A DNA stretch of 64,000 nucleotides from Pyrinomonadales bacterium (GTDB lineage: Bacteria > Acidobacteriota > Blastocatellia > Pyrinomonadales > Pyrinomonadaceae): positions 11,201-75,200 of the forward strand of contig JBBPXX010000005.1 of NCBI GenBank assembly GCA_038200505.1, read 5' to 3'. Positions 1 through 9,030 of the stretch are shown piece by piece. Under the pieces are notes generated by a model. It saw only the letters and a list, made by a program, of their open reading frames with translations, was not told the DNA's origin and did not search any database. Position numbers and translations under genes: made by a program. How positions within the stretch are numbered: position 1 is the first letter of the stretch; the number at the start of each line of letters is the position of its first letter.

Positions 1-57
1 AGATGACTGAAAAAATTTCCTAAAACTTCCATAGTAGAAATGAGTGCTGATTGCTGA

Positions 58-441
58 TTAAAAGACCTGAAAACCTTTTGATTTCAGACAAAATTCGGAA
101 AACTCTTTCAGCCATTCGTAGTCTGCGCTGTAATTTTTCCATTGTTCGTCTTCGTCGCGGTAAAGCGTTCCGTCGTCGGGTTTATCGGTGATTGATAAAT
201 CCATAAAAATACGTTTGTCCGGCTCTAATTTCGGCAAAATTTCATCACGGATTTTTTTACCGATGCTGTTTGCGTCTTCGTGCGAAATTGCCGCGCCGGT
301 GGCATTATAATTCATTTGCCGCACTTTTCCTTCGTCAATCAAATCAAAACCTTTGATAATTTCGAGCGTCGTTTTCCAATTCCAGACGTTGGCGCGAAAC
401 TCGAAATTTTCAGAACTTAAATCAATCAAAGTAAAACTCAT
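58..441 (-). CDS. hypothetical protein, 127 aa
   Basis: Clean ATG ORF with no competing frame. I recognise no family motif. Confidence 0.5.
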   Translation of the reverse strand: MSFTLIDLSSENFEFRANVWNWKTTLEIIKGFDLIDEGKVRQMNYNATGAAISHEDANSIGKKIRDEILPKLEPDKRIFMDLSITDKPDDGTLYRDEDEQWKNYSADYEWLKEFSEFCLKSKGFQVF

Positions 442-555
442 AAATTTTCTCCAAATAAATGCTAAACGCGAAAGCCGATTGAGTCAATAAAGTTTTTAGG
501 AAGTTTTAATTTGGAAAAGTTAGCGATATAATTCCCAAAAGTTTTCCGCAAATTT

Positions 556-1326
556 ATGAATAAAGAGAAATATCTTCACCGCATCGGAATTGAAAAAGCC
601 GATATTCAGGCAACTTTAGAAAATTTAAAACTTTTGCACAAACAGCATTTGCTCAATATTCCATTTGAAAATCTCGATATTCATTGGAAAAATCCGATTA
701 TTTTAGAAAAAGAATCCTTTTATCGAAAAATCATTGATAATGACAGAGGTGGTTTTTGTTATGAATTGAATGGTTTATTTTACGAATTGCTTAAATTAAT
801 CGGTTTCCGAAGCAAAATAATATCGGCAAAAGTGAGTAATGGCAACGGTGATTTCGGTGCAGAGTTCGACCATTTGGCAATCTTGACGAAAATTGACGGC
901 GAAGAATATCTAGTTGATGTCGGTTTCGGAAGTTTTACCGCCGAACCTTTGAAATTTGTTTTGGATGTTGAACAAAAAGACGAAACAGGCACATTTTCGA
1001 TTAGAAAATTTGACGAAAATTATTTTGAAGTAATCAAAAAAGACAACGGCAATTGGAAAAGCGAGTACATTTTTACAACTTTTCCGCGTGATTTGGCGGA
1101 ATTTACGGAAATGTGCAATTTTCATCAAACTTCACTCGAATCGCATTTTACGCAAGGCAAAGTTTGTTCGCTGATGACCGATGAAGGACGTAAAACTTTG
1201 ACCGACAAAAAGTTTATCGAAACAAAAGGCGGTCAAAAAAACGAAATCTCCGTAGAGTCGGATGAAGAATTTGATTTTATTTTAGAGCGCGAATTTTATA
1301 TCAAGCCGAAGTTTCGGCAAAAATAA
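556..1326 (+). CDS. arylamine N-acetyltransferase family protein
   Basis: Has LLNIPFENLDIH and the catalytic-Cys context RGGFCYELN typical of NAT enzymes. Length is 256 aa. Confidence 0.85.
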   Translation: MNKEKYLHRIGIEKADIQATLENLKLLHKQHLLNIPFENLDIHWKNPIILEKESFYRKIIDNDRGGFCYELNGLFYELLKLIGFRSKIISAKVSNGNGDFGAEFDHLAILTKIDGEEYLVDVGFGSFTAEPLKFVLDVEQKDETGTFSIRKFDENYFEVIKKDNGNWKSEYIFTTFPRDLAEFTEMCNFHQTSLESHFTQGKVCSLMTDEGRKTLTDKKFIETKGGQKNEISVESDEEFDFILEREFYIKPKFRQK

Positions 1327-1386
1327 TCTAGAAATCTCTGTGGCTGATTTTTACTTCACGGTTTATAATCTCTTTTCAAACTTATT

Positions 1387-2415
1387 ATGGCAGATTCAAT
1401 TTCATATTCGGACGCAGGCGTTTCGATAGACAATGCAAATAAAACGGTGACAAAAATAAAAGACTTTGCCAAAAGCACTTTTAATGCGCGGACTTTGACC
1501 GAAATCGGCAGTTTCGGCGGAATGTTCGACGCGAAATTCGGCGAAATGTCTGCGCCGATTTTAGTCGCTTCGGCGGACGGAGTTGGCACAAAGCTAAAAG
1601 TTGCTTTTCTTGCAAATATTCACAACACAATCGGGCAAGACCTTGTAAATCATTGCACAAACGACATTTTAGTGCAGGGCGCGCGTCCGTTGTTTTTTCT
1701 CGACTATTTTGCGACCGGAAAACTTTCGCCGAATATTGCGACTTCGGTAGTCGAAGGAATTTCGATTGCCTGTAAAGAAAATAACTGCGTTTTGCTTGGC
1801 GGCGAAACGGCGGAAATGCCCGGATTTTACGCTGATGGCGAATATGATCTGGCGGGTTTTATAGTCGGCGTGGTTGACCGCGAAAAAGTTATTGACGGCA
1901 AAAATATCAGTGCGGGCGATGTTGTTTTGGGTTTGGAGTCAAACGGTTTGCATACAAATGGTTATTCGCTGGCGCGGAAACTTTTTTTTGAAGTCGGCGG
2001 ATACAAAATTGACTCGGAAATCAACGGCAAAACTCTTTCGGATGCTTTGCTTATGCCGCATCGAAGTTACTATAAACAGCTTTCCGTTTTGATTGATAAA
2101 AAAAAGATAAAAGGTTTGGCACACATTACAGGCGGCGGCATTTTGGAAAACATTCCGCGTATTTTGCCGCAAGATGTTTCAGTTGAAATAAAACGCGGAA
2201 CTTGGAATGAATTGCCCATTTTCGGCGTGATACAAAGACTCGGAAATGTTACGGACGAAGAAATGTTTCGCACTTTTAATATGGGTATTGGAATGGTGAT
2301 AATCTGTGCTGGAAGCGAAAAAGAAGAAATTATTTCGCACGTCGAAGAATTTGACGAAAGATGCTTTGAAATCGGGCGTGTCGTTCAGGGAAAAAGGGAA
2401 GTCGTCGTATCATAA
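1387..2415 (+). CDS. purM: phosphoribosylformylglycinamidine cyclo-ligase (AIR synthetase)
   Basis: Has YSDAGVSID, GGETAEMPG and HITGGG signatures. Length is 342 aa. Confidence 0.95.
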   Translation: MADSISYSDAGVSIDNANKTVTKIKDFAKSTFNARTLTEIGSFGGMFDAKFGEMSAPILVASADGVGTKLKVAFLANIHNTIGQDLVNHCTNDILVQGARPLFFLDYFATGKLSPNIATSVVEGISIACKENNCVLLGGETAEMPGFYADGEYDLAGFIVGVVDREKVIDGKNISAGDVVLGLESNGLHTNGYSLARKLFFEVGGYKIDSEINGKTLSDALLMPHRSYYKQLSVLIDKKKIKGLAHITGGGILENIPRILPQDVSVEIKRGTWNELPIFGVIQRLGNVTDEEMFRTFNMGIGMVIICAGSEKEEIISHVEEFDERCFEIGRVVQGKREVVVS

Positions 2416-2450
2416 GCAGTAGCAGATGAGAGTGGTCAAATCAACAGATT

Positions 2451-3062
2451 TTAACTGCCGATGCTACCGGATTCTGCCGTCATTAAACGCGAATTGTTGA
2501 CTTCGATTGGAAAAGTATCTCTAATTTTTTGAAAACCGCGCCGGATAAGAGATTTGACAGTGCCGAGCGGTAATCCGCATTCTTCGGCAATTTCGCTCTG
2601 CGACATTCCGCTGTAAATTGACATTTGGATAACCCGCCGTTGTTGTGGATTAAGCCGGTTTAGATGTTGGACGACTTCTTTGGCTTCTATGTAAATCTGC
2701 AATTTTTTGTCGGCTTCGCCGGAATGATTTTGTAAAATTTCTTCCGAGAAAAATGTTTGCGGCTGACGATTCGATTTTCGTAAACGATCAATTAAACGCC
2801 GACGTGCAATCAGCGAAATAAAATTTGCTTCACCGGATTTTTCCGCATCGAAACGTCCGGCATATTTCCAAATATCAATAAAAATATCCTGCACCGCATC
2901 TTCGGCATCTTCTCTCGAATTTAAGAAGTTTAAAGCTATTGACCAAACCAGTTTGCCGTATTTGTCCAAACATTCTTCAACTGCCATCTTATCTTCAACG
3001 GCGATTCTTTGAAGTATTGATGTGTTTGTATTTCGCTGCGTTTGAAAATCCGATGAACTCAT
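2451..3062 (-). CDS. ECF-type RNA polymerase sigma-70 family factor
   Basis: Region 2 (DIFIDIWKYAGRFD) and region 4 HTH (MSQSEIAEECGLPLGTVKSLIRRG) are present. I take the start at the ATG for MSSSDF (3062). The longer tracked ORF (to 3233) overlaps the upstream small gene. Confidence 0.85.
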   Translation of the reverse strand: MSSSDFQTQRNTNTSILQRIAVEDKMAVEECLDKYGKLVWSIALNFLNSREDAEDAVQDIFIDIWKYAGRFDAEKSGEANFISLIARRRLIDRLRKSNRQPQTFFSEEILQNHSGEADKKLQIYIEAKEVVQHLNRLNPQQRRVIQMSIYSGMSQSEIAEECGLPLGTVKSLIRRGFQKIRDTFPIEVNNSRLMTAESGSIGS

Positions 3063-3081
3063 TTTTCCTCTACAATTGCAT

Positions 3082-3306
3082 TTAATTTTTTGTTTCTTCG
3101 CGTCCGTGCGGCGTGTCCGCCGATTCAACGCCGCCGGCAACATCCCGATCATCAGGATTTCCCTTAGATTCATCGCCGCGCCGCATTTCCCTGACAATAT
3201 CGTCGGAAGGTTTGTTTGCTGATTCTTCGGCAATTTTCATCGCATCCCAATCTTGTCTTTCAACATCCGGGAATTGTTCCGGGTTTATTTTTGTTTCATC
3301 CTGCAT
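3082..3306 (-). CDS. small highly charged acidic protein, 74 aa, hypothetical
   Basis: The ORF lies between dps and the ECF sigma gene on the same strand. AGGTGA sits 5 nt before the ATG at 3306. The composition looks disordered and hydrophilin-like. Confidence 0.4.
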   Translation of the reverse strand: MQDETKINPEQFPDVERQDWDAMKIAEESANKPSDDIVREMRRGDESKGNPDDRDVAGGVESADTPHGREETKN

Positions 3307-3370
3307 ACATTTCACCTTTTTATTTTATAAAACTTCCCTTTGTCCGCTCTCATCCCTTGCTCATTCAAAA

Positions 3371-3895
3371 TTAAGCAACTAAACCGCCGCGTTTTTCCAA
3401 AATATCCCGCAACCACCATTCGTGTTTTTCGTGAATCTGAACGAATGTCGTTAAAACGTCCGCCGTTCCGGGATCGTCATTATTATCAGCCGTTTTTATC
3501 GCTTGGCGCATTTCTTGAATGATTTGTATCGCGTTATTGTCTGCTTCTTTAATCATTTCGCGCATATCATTATTGTCGGCGGCTGATTTGATTGTGGCTG
3601 TTTTTTGAAATTCTTCGATGCGTGATACCGGATTTTGTCCGATCATTCTTACCCGTTCTGCCATCACATCAATCGTTCCATAGACTTCTTCGGCAAATTC
3701 GTCGAATAACAAATGTAAATCACGGAAAAGCGGTCCGAAGGTTTGCCAATGATAATGTTTGTAATTCAGATAGAGAATAAAAGCATTGGCGACTTGTTTT
3801 TGCAAAGACTGAACAATTGCGTCGTTCGGTTTATTGTGCGTTGGAATTTTTTCCTCGATTTTTGCTTTCGATTTTTCGGTAGCTGTTTCGGTCAT
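3371..3895 (-). CDS. dps: Dps family DNA-protection/ferritin-like protein
   Basis: Has the YHWQTFGPLFRDLHLLFDEFAEE ferroxidase-site region. Length is 174 aa. Confidence 0.9.
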   Translation of the reverse strand: MTETATEKSKAKIEEKIPTHNKPNDAIVQSLQKQVANAFILYLNYKHYHWQTFGPLFRDLHLLFDEFAEEVYGTIDVMAERVRMIGQNPVSRIEEFQKTATIKSAADNNDMREMIKEADNNAIQIIQEMRQAIKTADNNDDPGTADVLTTFVQIHEKHEWWLRDILEKRGGLVA

Positions 3896-4037
3896 CTGTG
3901 TTCCTTAAAGTTAATTTTTCTTTGTATATCTTCCTACCTTAATTCAAATACTATGCCATAAAAAATACAGTCTTTTATTTGAGTATTGGAATTGTAAAGT
4001 GGAGTTTATGTATCGAAATAAAACAGGTTTATGTATT

Positions 4038-4071
4038 AAAAAAAGGATGAACGATTCAGTTCATCCTTTTT
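4038..4071 (-). terminator. intrinsic terminator after the 778-aa gene
   Basis: Stem AAGGATGAAC/GTTCATCCTT with a 6-nt loop, flanked by A and T runs. Confidence 0.7.
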
Positions 4072-4086
4072 CTTGCTGTTAATCAG

Positions 4087-6423
4087 TTAATTACGATTGA
4101 CATTTGAAGGTGCGGTTGCCGTAATCGTGAACTCCGATCCTTGGTCTAATTCGACATCATCGCGTCCCTGTATAAGCACAGTTCCGGCTCCGGCTCCGGC
4201 TCCGACTGCCGCGCCGATTGCCGCGCCTGAACCGCCGCCGGCGATAGCACCGATCAACGCTCCTAACGCTGCGCCGATTCCGGCACGTTGGACGGTTTTC
4301 GTGGTTTGGTTATTATCACGAACAGAACCTTCATTATTGACCGTTACGTTTTCGCCGCTCGCTAATTTTACATTGTCAACGATTCCGGCAAACTTATATG
4401 TTTGACCGTTTCTCAAGCGAATCGTATCGAATTCCAGCGAAACATTAGCTCTGCCCGAAACTTGTCCCGAGCGTTCGGCTTTCGTAACACGACCTTCGAT
4501 AATTGCTCCGTTGTATTGCGACGGTGATGAAACTTCCATCGTAAATCTGTCGCCGTCCTGCGTTGCTTTTGTCGAAATTTTTGATCTCAACGTCGCCAAT
4601 ATCTGCGTATTATTGGGAATGACAAAATTACCGTTTTGATTTCCCGCTGTATTATCGTTACCTAAGTTGTAAAACTGTGCCGTGTCATTAGTTTTGTCAT
4701 AAACACTGGCAACCGTTATCGTGTCGTTTCTGTTTTCCAAATAAACGCGGCGGACGACTTTTAATTGTCCGTTGCTCAACGGAATAAAGTTGACATAAAA
4801 ATCATTTGCCCGGTCGCCTTCATAACTCAAAGCCACGCCGTCATAAGTCGTATTGGCAGTAACTTTGATAGTACGTCCGTTATTCGTCGTTTCAGTTCGC
4901 GCAACATTATCGGCGGTAAAAGTAATCTGCGGCGTAGAACTAGAACCGACTGTTACTTGTTTATCTCTCTTTTCTATCGCCAACGTATCGGGTGAAGACA
5001 AACGTCTTTCAAGATTTCTTTGAAGATTATCGTTGCGTTGATTTGCATTGTAATAACTGTTTGTCGCTCTGCCGACAACTTCACTGACATTATCACTTTG
5101 CGCCGCATTCAAACGATATGTTCCGGTCAACATCGTATCGAATCTGCTCATCGGCGTGTATTGACGATTATTAAAATCAAAATTTACGCTGTAATAATTG
5201 GATAAAGTGTTCAAATCGGTGCGGAGCAAGTTCCAATCGTTTTCAGCGTTTGAGGTAAAACGATAATCGCGCATAAATCCGTTAATAAAATATGCACGGT
5301 TCAGAACTTCTTCAACATCAGCCGAAGTCGAGCGTCGCGCATCAAAATTTTGTTTTAACGAATCAGTCGCCTTTTCAAAATCCGTAATGTAGCTGTAAAG
5401 TGTTTCTTCACTTCTCGTGTTGTCCAAGACGCTTTTGTCTAACGCGGTGTTCATATTGCGTTTATAAGCATCAGTACGCTGTTCGATGCGGCTTAAAATC
5501 GTGCGGACGTTATTTTCGTTTCCGCGAAAAGGAATTCCGCCGGTCGTCGTATTGTTATTTATTACCGGGGCAGTGTTCCAATTGTAGCTGACATTGTAAT
5601 AACCGGCTAAATTCTGCAAATCAGTCTTCAGACTTTGCCATTGACGTTCGGCATTAGGTGCTAAACGATTCTGACGCATAAAATTATCAATATAATAAGC
5701 CCGATTCAAAACTTCGGTAACGTCCGCAGTTGCTGATTGGCGATCATCAAATTTACGATTTAACGAATCTGTCGCATTTTCAAAATCCTTGACATAATTG
5801 TTAATCATATCTTCGCTATCCGAGCCGTTCAGACGGCTTCGGTCGAGAGCATTGTTCAACACGCGCTTATAATTATCGGTATTTGTTTCAATGCGTGTCA
5901 GAAGTGCATCAACAGTTCTATCGTTGACGCGGTATGGATTTACTGTCGCCGTATTGACGGTTGAAGGTTTTGTCCAATCTCCCCTGACTGAGTAATAACC
6001 TGCCAAAGTAGTTAAATTCGTGCGAATATTCGCCCAACTTCTCTGCGCGGTTACGTCCAGTCGGTTGGTTTTCATAAATTCGTTAATATACGCGGCACGA
6101 TTCAGAACATTTTCAACGTCGGCAGTAACTGAACTTTTCGCTTCAAATCTCTGCTTCAAAGTGTCGGTTGCGGTTTCAAAATCACTAACGTAATTCAAAA
6201 CCATATCTTCACTGTTCTTATTGTTTAATCGTCGGCTGTTATCCAATGCGCGATCTAAATCACGTTTATAAGCATCAGTTCCGGTTTCGATTCGATTTAA
6301 TAAGCTTTGAACATTTCTGTCGGAAACACGATACGGACGCTGTGCCTGAACGCTCATCGTCGCCGTCGTTAATCCGATTGCTAATAATGTAATTGTAAAT
6401 AAGTTTAATATTTTCCTTTTCAT
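4087..6423 (-). CDS. secreted 778-aa protein with three tandem ~130-aa repeats and a C-terminal glycine-zipper segment
   Basis: N-terminal signal peptide (LLAIGLTTATMSVQAQ). The repeat unit RV.DR.V..LL.RIE..TD.YKR...ALD...EDM...YV.DFE.ATD.L...F....S...DV..VLNRA.YI..FM is seen three times. The C-terminal part contains GIGAALGALIGAIAGGGSGAAIGAAVGAGAGAG. Confidence 0.75.
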   Translation of the reverse strand: MKRKILNLFTITLLAIGLTTATMSVQAQRPYRVSDRNVQSLLNRIETGTDAYKRDLDRALDNSRRLNNKNSEDMVLNYVSDFETATDTLKQRFEAKSSVTADVENVLNRAAYINEFMKTNRLDVTAQRSWANIRTNLTTLAGYYSVRGDWTKPSTVNTATVNPYRVNDRTVDALLTRIETNTDNYKRVLNNALDRSRLNGSDSEDMINNYVKDFENATDSLNRKFDDRQSATADVTEVLNRAYYIDNFMRQNRLAPNAERQWQSLKTDLQNLAGYYNVSYNWNTAPVINNNTTTGGIPFRGNENNVRTILSRIEQRTDAYKRNMNTALDKSVLDNTRSEETLYSYITDFEKATDSLKQNFDARRSTSADVEEVLNRAYFINGFMRDYRFTSNAENDWNLLRTDLNTLSNYYSVNFDFNNRQYTPMSRFDTMLTGTYRLNAAQSDNVSEVVGRATNSYYNANQRNDNLQRNLERRLSSPDTLAIEKRDKQVTVGSSSTPQITFTADNVARTETTNNGRTIKVTANTTYDGVALSYEGDRANDFYVNFIPLSNGQLKVVRRVYLENRNDTITVASVYDKTNDTAQFYNLGNDNTAGNQNGNFVIPNNTQILATLRSKISTKATQDGDRFTMEVSSPSQYNGAIIEGRVTKAERSGQVSGRANVSLEFDTIRLRNGQTYKFAGIVDNVKLASGENVTVNNEGSVRDNNQTTKTVQRAGIGAALGALIGAIAGGGSGAAIGAAVGAGAGAGTVLIQGRDDVELDQGSEFTITATAPSNVNRN
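5164..6342 (-). repeat. three tandem in-frame coding repeats (~390 nt each) inside the 778-aa gene
   Basis: Protein residues ~28-160, ~161-290 and ~291-420 align by eye along their full length. The copies are diverged at the DNA level. Confidence 0.7.
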
Positions 6424-6513
6424 ATAAAATTTTCCTCTCGATTTTTTGTCGTGTGCAAGGATAAAAGGAGAGTTTAAGTTTGTCTTGCACTTTCCACTAT
6501 TTATTAGTAAACG

Positions 6514-6528
6514 GCAAGAATCGTGCCA
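6514..6528 (-). promoter_or_regulatory. sigma-54 (-24/-12) promoter for the 778-aa repeat-protein gene
   Basis: The minus strand reads TTGGCACGATTCTTGCC with GG-N10-GC spacing. It lies ~90 nt upstream of the ATG at 6423. Confidence 0.7.
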
Positions 6529-6638
6529 ATAGACTCAAAATTTTGTTTAACCACTGTATTTGCAATGGGTTAGTATAAAGACGACTTTGGCAGAGAAGAC
6601 GAATAAACATAATTCTGCAATAAAACGATACGCACGGC

Positions 6639-8459
6639 TTAGTCTTTTATATATGGAAGTTTAACTATGAAAGTAGAACCTTTTCCTATTCCTTCGCTCT
6701 CGGCTTCGATAGTTCCGTTATGAAGTTTGACGATATGATCGGAAATGGATAAGCCTAAACCTAATCCGCCGTGAATCCGTGTGCTTGTGCTGTCGTCTTG
6801 TCGAAATCTGTCAAAAATGTGCGGCAGAAAATCCGGTTTGATGCCTTTTCCGCTGTCTTTAACAATCAAATGAACAATGCCGTTATTTTCCAAAACCGAA
6901 GCCTCGATTTTTCCGCCGTTGTCCGTGAATTTGACGGCGTTGGAAAATAAATTGCGGATGACGATTTTTATTCTGTCCTCGTCGCCTAAAATTTTGTGTC
7001 CGTTGAGATTATCTTCTTTGACAAATTCAATACTTTTTTCGCGGACTTTTTCTTCAAACTGTTTGCAGGAATATTCAAAAACTTCGGAGAAAAGAAATTT
7101 CCTGCTTTCAATAATAATTCCTTCGGAGATAATTTGCGTATAATCCAGCAATTCTTCCACTAGCTGCGTTTGCAAACGCAAATTTTTATCAACTTTATCG
7201 AGAGCCAGATTTTTCGTACTTTTAGATAAACTGTCGATTTTTAAAATTTTCGTCCAACCGGCAATGGCGTTGAGAGGCGTTCTTAATTCGTGAGAAACAA
7301 CCGCAATAAACTCATCTTTTACTTTATTGGCTTGCTCTGCCGATTGGCGGGCTTTTTGTTCCTTCTCGAGCAGCAGTTGTTTTTGCTGCTCCAACTCATA
7401 TAATTCAGCAGCGACAGTCTGCATTTCAGCTCGCGCAGATGCTTCCCAGTAAGTTACTCCGAACATCAAAAAACTGAATACCATTCCGGCTAAAAAGATT
7501 AGCGGTGTCCAACCGACATTCGATTGAGCGGCAAATTCAGGCAGCGAATTATATTCAATCACCCAATTCCTGCCGGCGACATCAAGAGTTTCTTTATCCG
7601 TAAATGCTTTCTCGATTTGGTCTGTAAAATTTCCCGACTCCGGTTGTGCGGTTTGAGTCAAAAGATTTTCAGTAGTGATTTCTCCGTCATAGATTTTAAA
7701 CGCAATATCGCGGGTTAAAGTATTCGCCTGAATTTCGCTTAAAAAATCTCCCGCCCGAAACGGACTGTAAATGAAACCTGTTAAATTTTTTCTTCTTTCC
7801 TCAACGGACGACGGAGAACTGCCGGGCTTATAAATCGGCAAATAAATCAAAAATCCTATTTGCTTATTATTTTCCTCTTCCTGCATCAGAATTACCTTGG
7901 TACTGGCGGCGGCTTGTCCCGAATCGCGTGCGCGATAAATCGCTTCGCGCCGGTTTGCCTCGCTCGACATATCGAATCCGATAACTTTTTTATTACGCTC
8001 GTCGAGAGGTTCGATGTAAATAATCGCTTGATGAGAATCTTGTTCGATGTCGGGAAACGGCTTAAAATCGGGATAACCTTCCGCTTTCATTTTAGCCGTC
8101 AAAGCGTTGCGTTCACCCGGCAGAAAAACTTTGCTGAAACCGATTCCCTGAATGCCCGCATAATTTTCGTCCAAATCCAAATTATTTACATAGTTAGCAA
8201 AGGTTTTACGATTTAATATATCCGTAGATTCGATAAATCCGCGTCCGCCTTTGAGAAGGGCAATATACAGATTTATTTTATTTTCGATGGCGGATTGAAT
8301 TCGATTGACTTCATTGTTAAACCTTACGATATCTTTACTTTTAGCAGTGCGGTAAAAACTGTAAGTGATTCCGATAGTTACTAAAATAGAAACCGCCAAA
8401 ATCACCAAAGGCAATCTAACAGTACTTTTATTTTGAAGTATTTCCTTTAAACTCGACAC
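6639..8459 (-). CDS. sensor histidine kinase with periplasmic CHASE-like domain
   Basis: An N-terminal TM helix is followed by a CHASE-type extracytoplasmic region (IIYIEPLDERNKKVIGFDM, RARDSG) and a second TM. HisKA (VVSHELRTPLNAI) and HATPase (DSGKGI, GGLGLGLSI) follow. Confidence 0.85.
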   Translation of the reverse strand: MSSLKEILQNKSTVRLPLVILAVSILVTIGITYSFYRTAKSKDIVRFNNEVNRIQSAIENKINLYIALLKGGRGFIESTDILNRKTFANYVNNLDLDENYAGIQGIGFSKVFLPGERNALTAKMKAEGYPDFKPFPDIEQDSHQAIIYIEPLDERNKKVIGFDMSSEANRREAIYRARDSGQAAASTKVILMQEEENNKQIGFLIYLPIYKPGSSPSSVEERRKNLTGFIYSPFRAGDFLSEIQANTLTRDIAFKIYDGEITTENLLTQTAQPESGNFTDQIEKAFTDKETLDVAGRNWVIEYNSLPEFAAQSNVGWTPLIFLAGMVFSFLMFGVTYWEASARAEMQTVAAELYELEQQKQLLLEKEQKARQSAEQANKVKDEFIAVVSHELRTPLNAIAGWTKILKIDSLSKSTKNLALDKVDKNLRLQTQLVEELLDYTQIISEGIIIESRKFLFSEVFEYSCKQFEEKVREKSIEFVKEDNLNGHKILGDEDRIKIVIRNLFSNAVKFTDNGGKIEASVLENNGIVHLIVKDSGKGIKPDFLPHIFDRFRQDDSTSTRIHGGLGLGLSISDHIVKLHNGTIEAESEGIGKGSTFIVKLPYIKD

Positions 8460-8528
8460 AAGCTACATATTCATTGCTAAAATATTTAACAAAGAGCAAA
8501 TTTGTTTTTACTAAATATTAAACTAAAC

Positions 8529-8543
8529 GCAATACTTGTGCCG
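8529..8543 (-). promoter_or_regulatory. sigma-54 (-24/-12) promoter for the CHASE histidine kinase gene
   Basis: The minus strand reads ACGGCACAAGTATTGCG with GG-N10-GC spacing. It lies ~70 nt upstream of the ATG at 8459. Confidence 0.62.
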
Positions 8544-8736
8544 TTTAAGAACACGAAAATTTAATTATGGAAATGTTGTATTCAATAGAATAAAAAGGCG
8601 TTTTCTAAAATTTCGTATGAATAATTTACACACAATTTAGAGAACAACGTCTTGAATTGTTGCAAAATCCGAATTTTTGAATAATTCTTTACAAGCAAAT
8701 TTCTTAAAATACATTATTTTTAGAGGTATTTAGAAT

Positions 8737-8752
8737 TGGCATTGTTTTTGCA
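8737..8752 (+). promoter_or_regulatory. sigma-54 (-24/-12) promoter for the 49-aa membrane peptide gene
   Basis: The plus strand reads TTGGCATTGTTTTTGCA with GG-N10-GC spacing. It lies ~60 nt upstream of the ATG at 8811. Confidence 0.7.
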
Positions 8753-8810
8753 GTGTCATTTGAACTTGAGAAGTTTGCAACAAACTATTTTACTGGAGAT
8801 AAATTTCATT

Positions 8811-8960
8811 ATGTCGGAAGAAAATAACACCGGAAACAATCTTATTTGGGCAATCGCCACCATAATCATCGTAGCAATTATTGCGGGAGCATTATATTTT
8901 ACAGTTTTGCAAGGTAACAAAACACAGAACAAAACCATTAACGTCGAAATACCGAAATAA
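8811..8960 (+). CDS. 49-aa single-pass membrane peptide, hypothetical
   Basis: ATG at 8811 is preceded by GGAGA. One hydrophobic helix (LIWAIATIIIVAIIAGALYF). A sigma-54 promoter lies ~60 nt upstream and a strong terminator lies downstream. Confidence 0.6.
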   Translation: MSEENNTGNNLIWAIATIIIVAIIAGALYFTVLQGNKTQNKTINVEIPK

Positions 8961-8995
8961 AAGCCCCGTCTGTTACTTCAACCAAATAAAATTTT

Positions 8996-9023
8996 AGAGT
9001 GCGAATGTTTTCATTCGCACTCT
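8996..9023. terminator. bidirectional intrinsic terminator between convergent genes
   Basis: Perfect 12-bp stem AGAGTGCGAATG/CATTCGCACTCT with a TTTT loop, flanked by T/A runs on both sides. Confidence 0.78.
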
Positions 9024-9030
9024 AAAAAAG

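Noticed and set aside
6461-6490. GTGCAAGG...TCTTGCAC hairpin in the leader of the 778-aa gene
   Set aside because: Only 7 of 8 bp pair, the loop is 22 nt, and it includes the RBS region. It is not distinguishable from chance.
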